Assembly (NCBI GenBank): GCA_963812135.1
Contig: CAWETU010000001.1
Coordinates: 160,001-224,000, forward strand
Direction: 5' to 3'
Length of the DNA stretch: 64,000 bases
Source: Vulcanimicrobiota bacterium
Lineage (GTDB): Bacteria; Vulcanimicrobiota; Vulcanimicrobiia; Eremiobacterales; Eremiobacteraceae
Made by a program: the position numbers and the translations under genes. Shown one piece after another: positions 57,691 to 64,000 of the stretch. Numbering within the stretch: position 1 is the stretch's first letter; every line of letters begins with the position of its first letter. The notes under the pieces are model-generated. The model saw nothing but the letters and a program-made list of their open reading frames with translations. It was not told the origin of the DNA and did not search any database.

Positions 57691-58557
57691 CAGGCGGGAG
57701 CCGTCGGGTTCGAAGGCGGCGCCGGCTGCGGTGCGGGCGCGTCGCCGTTGAGCCAGCCCTTGGCTTGCAGCGCGGCAGCGATGCGTTCGCGCAGCGGCCC
57801 TTCGTCGACGTCGATGAGCGCCGTGCGGATGGAGATGCGGAACACCGCTTTGTTCGTGTCGAAGTCGTCGAGCGACACTTTCACGCCGTCCGCGTCGATC
57901 TTCGCCTCGATCGCGCCCGGCGGTCGCGTCTTTGAGGATCTCGCGCTTCATCGCGTCGACGGTGCCGCGCCACGGCAGCGAGAGCACGATATCGAGCCGC
58001 CGGACGCCTTTGCTCAGATTGGTCGAGGCGTAGATGTTGCCGTTGGGGATGAACACCGTGCGCCCGTAGCGGTCGACGAGGCGCGTCGTGCGCAAGCCGA
58101 TCGCCTCCACGACGCCGGCGATCTGGCTGTTGATGCCCGTCGTGATCTCGATGCGATCGCCCACGTCGAATTGATTCTCCGCGAAGATCGAGTAGCCCGC
58201 GAGCAGATCGCGCACGACCCACTGCGCGCCGAACGCGAGGACCGCGGTGATCGCGCCGGCCGACCAGACCGCAGGGCCGATGTTAACATCCCAAATGTTG
58301 AGCAGGATGAGCCCAGTCACCAGCAGGACGATGAATCCGGTGATCGACTTGATGGGGCTCAGATATGTCGAGATGCGGGGATGGCGCAGCAGCAATCGCT
58401 TAGCGAAAAAGCGGTCGATGCCGGCGTAGGTGAGCCGCCATACGACAAAGCCAGCGACGAGCGCGATGGCCGTCTCGTAGCCTTGTACGATGATCGTGGC
58501 ATGTGAGGACCACGGCGTGGTCGATAGCGCCGCGTTCGGCGAAGGTGTCGCTTGCAC
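57690..58557 (-). CDS. mscS: MscS family mechanosensitive channel, +1 frameshift at about 57918
   Basis: FGAQ..V.D..AG..I..E.QF.VGD, GLRTT.L, FIPNG; C-terminus (KVSLDDF...) in another frame. Start approximate. Confidence 0.85.
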
Positions 58558-58657
58558 GGCCCGCGGCCTTCCAGAGCGCCTCCGAGCGGTCCTGCGCCGC
58601 ATCTCGGGTGACGATAGGAACCGCCAATTTTTGGCGCGAAGGCCGCGTCGATTTCCA

Positions 58658-59137
58658 ATGCGCCAAATGAAAGTGGATAAACTCGGCATCGACCTGCTCA
58701 CGCATGATCCTGTCGTCATTTTGAAGGACCTTGAAGGCAGGCGATACTTACCGATCTTGATCGGAGCGTTCGAGGCCACCGCGATTCAACTCGCGCTCGA
58801 AGGCCAGGCGGTGCCGCGTCCGCTCTCACACGATTTGATGAAGTCGATGCTCGACAGCCTCAACGCCAAGCTGACCAAGATCGTTATCCACGACATCCGC
58901 GACAGCACGTTCTTCGCCAAGCTCGTGCTCGAATGCAACGGCGAGGATCAGGAGATCGACGCTCGGCCGAGCGACTGCATCGCGCTCGCGTTGCGCGCGA
59001 ACGCGCCCATCTATGTCAGCGACAAGATCGTGCTCGAGGAATCAGTGTACGACAAAAAGGCTGAGGAAGAAGAGATGCAGCGCTTCAAAAAATATATCGA
59101 AAGCCTCAAGCCCAGCGACTTCAAGACCGAATCCTGA
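58658..59137 (+). CDS. Bifunctional nuclease family protein (DUF151)
   Basis: LPI.IG.FEA.AI, RPLSHDL, IDARPSD.IALALR. Confidence 0.93.
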   Translation: MRQMKVDKLGIDLLTHDPVVILKDLEGRRYLPILIGAFEATAIQLALEGQAVPRPLSHDLMKSMLDSLNAKLTKIVIHDIRDSTFFAKLVLECNGEDQEIDARPSDCIALALRANAPIYVSDKIVLEESVYDKKAEEEEMQRFKKYIESLKPSDFKTES

Positions 59138-59140
59138 CGC

Positions 59141-59944
59141 GTGAAACATACGGCCGAGATCGGCGTCTTCGGTGGCTCGGGATTCTATGCGCTGCTCGAA
59201 GGCATGCAAGAGGTCAAAGTCGAGACGCCCTATGGCGCGCCCTCAGACGTCGTCGCGATCGGCGAGATCGGCGGGCGGCGCGTCGCGTTCTTGCCGCGCC
59301 ACGGCAAGACGCACTCGTTGCCGCCGCACATGATCAACTATCGTGCGAACCTGTTCGCGATGAAGGAGCTCGGCGTCACGCGCATCATCGGGCCTACCGC
59401 TGCGGGGTCGCTGCAGGGCTGGGTCAAGCCCGGTGATTTCGTCGTCTCGGATCAGCTCGTCGATCGCACGAATGCGCGCAAGGATACCTTCTTTGACGGA
59501 CCGGTGACGACGCACGTCTCGTTCGCGCATCCGTATTGCCCACAAGTCCGCGACTTGGCGATCGAGGTGATCGGCAAGCAAGGCATCCCGGTGCACGAGC
59601 ACGGTACCGTCGTGTGCATCCAAGGTCCGCGCTTTTCAAGCGTAGCGGAGAGCCGATGGTATGCGGCGGCCGGCTGGGAAGTCATCAACATGACCCAGTA
59701 TCCGGAGGCGTACCTGGCGCGCGAGCTCGAGATCTGTTACGCGAACATCGCGCTCATCACCGACTACGACGTGGGGCTCGAGGGCGAGGAGGGCATCGAG
59801 CCGGTGACGCACGAGGGCGTCATCAAAGTTTTCACCGAGAACAACGAGCGCGTCAAGCAGGTCATCAACGAGATGGTCGCGCGGATGCCCAAGGAACGCA
59901 CGTGCCATTGCGGCACGGCGCTGCAAGGCGCGCGGCTAGGATAG
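59141..59944 (+). CDS. mtnP: S-methyl-5'-thioadenosine phosphorylase
   Basis: GGSG, TPYG.PS, LPRHG..H, NYRAN, GPRFS, NMT..PEA.LARE, TDYD. Confidence 0.93.
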   Translation: MKHTAEIGVFGGSGFYALLEGMQEVKVETPYGAPSDVVAIGEIGGRRVAFLPRHGKTHSLPPHMINYRANLFAMKELGVTRIIGPTAAGSLQGWVKPGDFVVSDQLVDRTNARKDTFFDGPVTTHVSFAHPYCPQVRDLAIEVIGKQGIPVHEHGTVVCIQGPRFSSVAESRWYAAAGWEVINMTQYPEAYLARELEICYANIALITDYDVGLEGEEGIEPVTHEGVIKVFTENNERVKQVINEMVARMPKERTCHCGTALQGARLG

Positions 59945-61516
59945 TCCGTAGCGGCTCAACTCGTTCGCGATGCGCGTTCCCTGGTAGCGCGCGAGGGTCA
60001 TCACCGAAAGCATCGGGTTCGCGCCGCACGACGTCGGGAACACCGACGCATCGCAGACCACAAGATTGCGCACCCCATGCGTCTCACCGCGCGAGTTGAC
60101 GACCGATCGTTTCGGGTCTTCGCCCATCTTGAGCGTCGCTTGGCAGTGCGCCGATGTGATCAGCGTCTGAAACGGTAAGAACTCGAGCTTGTCGCACTGC
60201 GCCGCGTCTTGCCGTTTCTTGAAGATCGTCGCCGCCATCGTGCCGGGGCGCTCCTCCGACGTCAACAGCGCTTCATTCGCTCCCGCGGCGAGCATGATCT
60301 CGATCCCGACACGCGCGGCGTATCGCAGGCGCGCTTTGTCGGGCTGCGTCAAGCGATAGCGGATAGCGGGCCGGCCGGTGCTGGCATCCCAATCGACGCG
60401 GTTCGCGCTGTCGGGCGTGTCGACGAGCATCGCGCCGAAGCCAGCGAGCTTCGAATATTGCGACATGATCGCGAAGTGGTCGGCTCCGATCCCCGGGATC
60501 GCGATCGCGGCATTCATCGGATGATCGAAAAGGCACTCGTAATAGAAGCCATGGCTGCCGTAGAAGTGATCGCTATAGATCGACCCGGTGATGCCGCGAT
60601 AGTTGACGAGCTGGCGGTCGAAGGTGCCGCCGATCGGCAGACTTGGGTGCAGCACCAGACCCTTGCCCATCAATTGCTGAGGGTCCGGGATCTGAGATCT
60701 TTGCAAGAGGGCTGGTGACGCGATCGCACCGGCGCTGAGGATGACGAGCTTGGCGCGGATGTCCAGCGGCCCGCGATCCACCGAGTTGGCCTCCGAGCCC
60801 GGCGTTGTCGGCCGAACGACGGCTTGCACGCCGGTCGCGAAGCGATCGTTGCCGCGCGCGGCGAAACCGATGCGCTGCACGTCGCAATGGTGCACGAGCT
60901 GCACGTTGCGGCGCTGCGCATCGCGCACATACGTCACCATCGTGCTCAGCTTTCGGTCGTACGAGCAACCTTGTCCGCAGAACCCGCAGCCGATGCAGTC
61001 GATCATGTTGAGCTCGAAGCGCTTGGTCGGTATGCCATTGGCCTTGCAGCCGGCCGCGAACAATTTGTTGTTGTCATTGATCTCGGCATCGCTCGGCGCA
61101 TGCACGTTGATGCGCCGGCGCACGTCGGCCAGACAGGTCGCCATGTTAAGGCCGGTGATGCCGAAGTCGTTCGAACCGCGGTCGAACGAGAACGGCCCGA
61201 CGCCGAACGCGCGCTTCCAGCCGTTCCAGACGTCTCTGATCGGATCGAACGAGAGGGCGTAGTTCACCGTCGTGCCGCCACCGACGCACTCGCCCCCGGT
61301 CACGGGTATCGCGCCGTCCACCGTCGTCCGCGCGCCCCGTTCCGCGAGGAGCACCGTCATGTCGAGCTCGCGCTGGTCGAAGAACTCGTGGGTGAAGTGG
61401 CCGCCCTTTTCAAGGAGGACGATCCGCTGCCCGGTATGCTCGGCGAGCGTCGCCGCCAGGACGCCGCCGGCCGCTCCCGATCCGATGATTACGATATCGG
61501 TCTCGAGCGCGCTCAT
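59936..61516 (-). CDS. GMC family oxidoreductase
   Basis: IIGSGAAG...LLEKG, VGGGT.VN, CIGCG.C..GC, D.S.FPTS.GANP. Confidence 0.92.
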   Translation of the reverse strand: MSALETDIVIIGSGAAGGVLAATLAEHTGQRIVLLEKGGHFTHEFFDQRELDMTVLLAERGARTTVDGAIPVTGGECVGGGTTVNYALSFDPIRDVWNGWKRAFGVGPFSFDRGSNDFGITGLNMATCLADVRRRINVHAPSDAEINDNNKLFAAGCKANGIPTKRFELNMIDCIGCGFCGQGCSYDRKLSTMVTYVRDAQRRNVQLVHHCDVQRIGFAARGNDRFATGVQAVVRPTTPGSEANSVDRGPLDIRAKLVILSAGAIASPALLQRSQIPDPQQLMGKGLVLHPSLPIGGTFDRQLVNYRGITGSIYSDHFYGSHGFYYECLFDHPMNAAIAIPGIGADHFAIMSQYSKLAGFGAMLVDTPDSANRVDWDASTGRPAIRYRLTQPDKARLRYAARVGIEIMLAAGANEALLTSEERPGTMAATIFKKRQDAAQCDKLEFLPFQTLITSAHCQATLKMGEDPKRSVVNSRGETHGVRNLVVCDASVFPTSCGANPMLSVMTLARYQGTRIANELSRYGLS

Positions 61517-62152
61517 TGCGGACGCGGATGGAGCAGCGGGCCGGCATACCCGATGACCGGCCACGATGCGTCAAGCGAATAGGTCGCCACCATGACCAGC
61601 GTCTTCATCGAACGATAGAATCGCCGGCGAACCGCAAGCGCGCTGCGTGCCCAGAGCATCATGTAGGCGCGCTGGTCCGCCAGTCCAAGCTCCGTGAAGT
61701 GCGCGATTCCAGCCGGCCACCGAGCAGTCAGCGCCTGATACGCGCCGGCATCGCGCGTCGACTCGCACGCTCAGCGGCGCAACGGCATCTTTGTCGGACG
61801 CGCTGACGGGGAATTGATCGTTCTCGGCGGCGATCAGCGCCGGCGGCGGAGCCGTGAACAGTCGCAGGTCGTCGAACAGCACGAGGTTCGATTGCACGCC
61901 CGCGTCTTTGTCGATCGAAAAGATATTGTTGGCGCGGTGCTCGATGGTCTCCGGCGCCACCGCGGCGAAGCGAGGATCGTCTGACGGCAAGACCGCCCGC
62001 ACGATCGCGCCGAACACGTCCGGAGCTGCATTGGATACGGTGACCGCGTTGCGATCCAAGGCGACGCGCAGCAGACCGCCGTCGTGCAACCACTGCACCG
62101 ACGATGCGGCCGCGGCGAGCGCTCCAGCCACGACGAACTCTTTTCGATCCAT
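61513..62152 (-). CDS. Gluconate 2-dehydrogenase subunit 3-like Tat partner, frameshift at about 61758
   Basis: MDRKEF Tat-like start; after the shift the frame reads DAGAYQ...K.LV...Y....W..IGYAGP and its stop overlaps the GMC ATG. Confidence 0.7.
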
Positions 62153-63246
62153 CACAAACTGCGCAGTTGGATCTGAAGCCAACCCAACGTGGTCGCCGGC
62201 GCGACATTGGTATTGGCGAGTCGCGCCGCCTCGTTGATCGCATCGATCGCGTCCGCGGCACGCCGCGCGGCCGGCGCCCCGAGCGCCTCGACGGTCTTGC
62301 GGTATTCGCCCTCGGCCGATGCGTCGAACAGGAACTGCGTGCCGCCGAGCGCGTTGACCATGACGTCGCGCGCGGTCAGGCGCGCCTGGCGCAGCACTTC
62401 ATCCAGTTGGCGGCGCGCGGTCTCGCGATCGTCCTTCTCGAACTCGGGCATCGGCGGAAGTTTGTCCGGCGCGCGCAAGCACGCCAGCAGCCACTCGCGC
62501 GCCGCGCGCCGCAGGCCAGCGGATGTTTCGTCGAGCTCGGCGATCGCGTCACCGAGGCTGCCTTGCGCACGGCGTGCGATCGCGGCCGCCCGTTCTCGAG
62601 GCTGGCCGTACTCCGATATCAGCTGGCTCTCGATGTCTTCATCACTGATAGGTTCAAAGCGTACGGTGACGGTTCGCGAGCGGATCGTCTCGATGATGCT
62701 CTCGAGATGTTCGGTGGTGAGGAGGAAGAGCTTCCCTGGGTTCGGCTCTTCGAGCTCCTTGAGCAGCGCATTGTAGGTCGCGTCGTTGGTGACGTTGTCG
62801 AAATCGGGCAGAATCGCGACAAGCTTGTCGCCCTCGTAGCTCTTGAGGTTCATGAGCTGGATGATGCGGCGCGACGCCTCGATCCCGATATCTGCCGTCT
62901 TACGCTCTGGATTCCCGGCTAACGCATCGGCCGCGCGCACGAAGTCTTCGTTGACGATAATCGTGTCGCCCGAGCTCCCCGCGAGCCCGCGTTTGCAGGC
63001 GCCGCATTCCCCGCAATAGCCGGTTGGAAACGATTCCGGGTCCTCGCAGTGAAGTGAAAGCGCCAGCGCCAGCGCAAACGTTTTCTTACCCACCCCGCGT
63101 GGCCCATAGAAAAGATACGCATGGGCCAGATTGTCGCGGCCGACCCGGCGGAAGTATTCCACCACGTGGTTTTGATTGACGAAGCGCTTGGGCGCTTGCG
63201 GCCTCGGCGGCGCCTCGATAACGGCTTCGGTCTTGCGCTTCGGCAC
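62152..63246 (-). CDS. holB: DNA polymerase III delta' subunit
   Basis: HAYLF.GP.GVGK, Zn module C..C..C, NALLK.LEEP, TIRSR; near tmk. Confidence 0.88.
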   Translation of the reverse strand: MPKRKTEAVIEAPPRPQAPKRFVNQNHVVEYFRRVGRDNLAHAYLFYGPRGVGKKTFALALALSLHCEDPESFPTGYCGECGACKRGLAGSSGDTIIVNEDFVRAADALAGNPERKTADIGIEASRRIIQLMNLKSYEGDKLVAILPDFDNVTNDATYNALLKELEEPNPGKLFLLTTEHLESIIETIRSRTVTVRFEPISDEDIESQLISEYGQPRERAAAIARRAQGSLGDAIAELDETSAGLRRAAREWLLACLRAPDKLPPMPEFEKDDRETARRQLDEVLRQARLTARDVMVNALGGTQFLFDASAEGEYRKTVEALGAPAARRAADAIDAINEAARLANTNVAPATTLGWLQIQLRSL

Positions 63247-63338
63247 GCGTTGCGATTTCGGCGAAACGCAAGGGCCGGCCTCGTCTCTGGTTTAGGGCGC
63301 GACAGGATGGGCACGTGTATCACACCAGGAGAACCATC

Positions 63339-63737
63339 ATGATTCGATTCTCGAGGCTCTTCCTTATTTGCGCCGGCTTCGCGCTTCTGCCCCTTCCCTC
63401 GCTGGCGGACACCAGTACGCCCGACTTGCATTTCATCGTCAACATCACCCCGCGACTTCTCGGCGGCGTCCCATGGACCGGCGAACTCACGTTCCATGTG
63501 AGTCCGGACGGGATCATCAACGGCACCTACAAGAGCACGTCGGTGAAACCCGACCCCTTCTACGGCAAGATCATCACCGTGACTGGAGCGCTGAGCCAGA
63601 AGAACATCAGGCTCGAATTCGGCTTGCGGGGCAATTTCGCCGTCGACGGCACGTACGAACCTGGAGTGGGGATCGTCGGCACGGCGCTCTCGGCCGGTGG
63701 GGCATGGTACGATTTCGTCGCGAAACAAGTGAAGTAG
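63339..63737 (+). CDS. Secreted hypothetical protein
   Basis: SD AGGAG; signal peptide SLA-D; beta-rich body. Confidence 0.75.
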   Translation: MIRFSRLFLICAGFALLPLPSLADTSTPDLHFIVNITPRLLGGVPWTGELTFHVSPDGIINGTYKSTSVKPDPFYGKIITVTGALSQKNIRLEFGLRGNFAVDGTYEPGVGIVGTALSAGGAWYDFVAKQVK

Positions 63738-63739
63738 CC

Positions 63740-63768
63740 TTGTAGCGGTCGAATTTATTCGACCGCTA
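63740..63768. repeat. GTAG-family REP-like palindrome, copy 2
   Basis: TAGCGGTCGAA-TTTA-TTCGACCGCTA; 26 nt identical to 18343-18368. Confidence 0.75.
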
Positions 63769-64000
63769 AGCGCCGGCGCGGCGGGTGAGGATCACCTCGC
63801 GCACCTGCGAGGCGAGCTCCTCTTCCGGTCGCGTGCCATCGAGGACGATCACGCGACCGGGGTCGGCCGCTGCGACGCGCCGGTAACCTTCGGCGACGCG
63901 CTCGTGGAAATCGCGTTTCTCGCGCTCCATGCGGTCCGTCGTACGTTTGCGGCCGCGAAGCCGCTCGCGCGAAATCGAGACGGGGATGTCCAGCAGAAAC
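63766..64000 (-). CDS. tmk: Thymidylate kinase, 3' part (truncated by the window)
   Basis: Manual translation FLLDIPV..SRERL...DRMERE..DFHERVAEGY...PGRVIVLDG; not in the ORF track. Confidence 0.9.
   Translation of the reverse strand, partial: FLLDIPVSISRERLRGRKRTTDRMEREKRDFHERVAEGYRRVAAADPGRVIVLDGTRPEEELASQVREVILTRRAGA

Noticed and set aside
56599..58779. 726-aa MscS-YchF fusion ORF
   Set aside because: The intervening segment is low-complexity off-frame sequence; the real MscS C-terminus is in another frame and stops at the ychF ATG. One extra G explains it.

Overview
High-GC bacterial chromosomal segment with about 70 genes, mostly housekeeping and metabolic. Gene content and the many Pro/Thr-linker secreted proteins suggest a soil diderm such as Ca. 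Eremiobacterota/Vulcanimicrobiota (inference only). Recognisable blocks: ccdA/bolA/grxD, a CHASE3-PP2C phosphatase, coxDEF-like accessory genes, tlpA with two cupredoxin-fold lipoproteins and a DUF1858-Mrp fusion, livKHMGF, a family-B DNA polymerase, a pncB-like gene, PolX, a Rieske oxygenase, uppS, ilvE, arginase-pit-DUF47, cobB, queG, gdh, ychF, mtnP, a GMC oxidoreductase, holB and partial tmk. I found no rRNA, tRNA, CRISPR array or transposase. The best candidate for an undescribed system is an AT-richer island at about 43.9-45.9 kb. It encodes a 58-aa peptide with three synonymously diverged H-x-x-ETLIT repeats, convergent with a multi-TM membrane protein whose HD-GYP domain has lost its metal ligands, and both upstream regions carry CRP-like boxes; this looks like a peptide-signal/pseudo-phosphodiesterase receptor pair. 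Other highlights: a signal-peptide-bearing protein with a T3SS-needle-like C-terminus, an unannotated 20-aa Lys-rich peptide, a recurrent sigma-H-like promoter motif, GTAG-type REP copies, an Mrp lacking its CxxC and a probable ACG start codon. Three small frameshifts (PolX, MscS, GMC partner) may be assembly errors.
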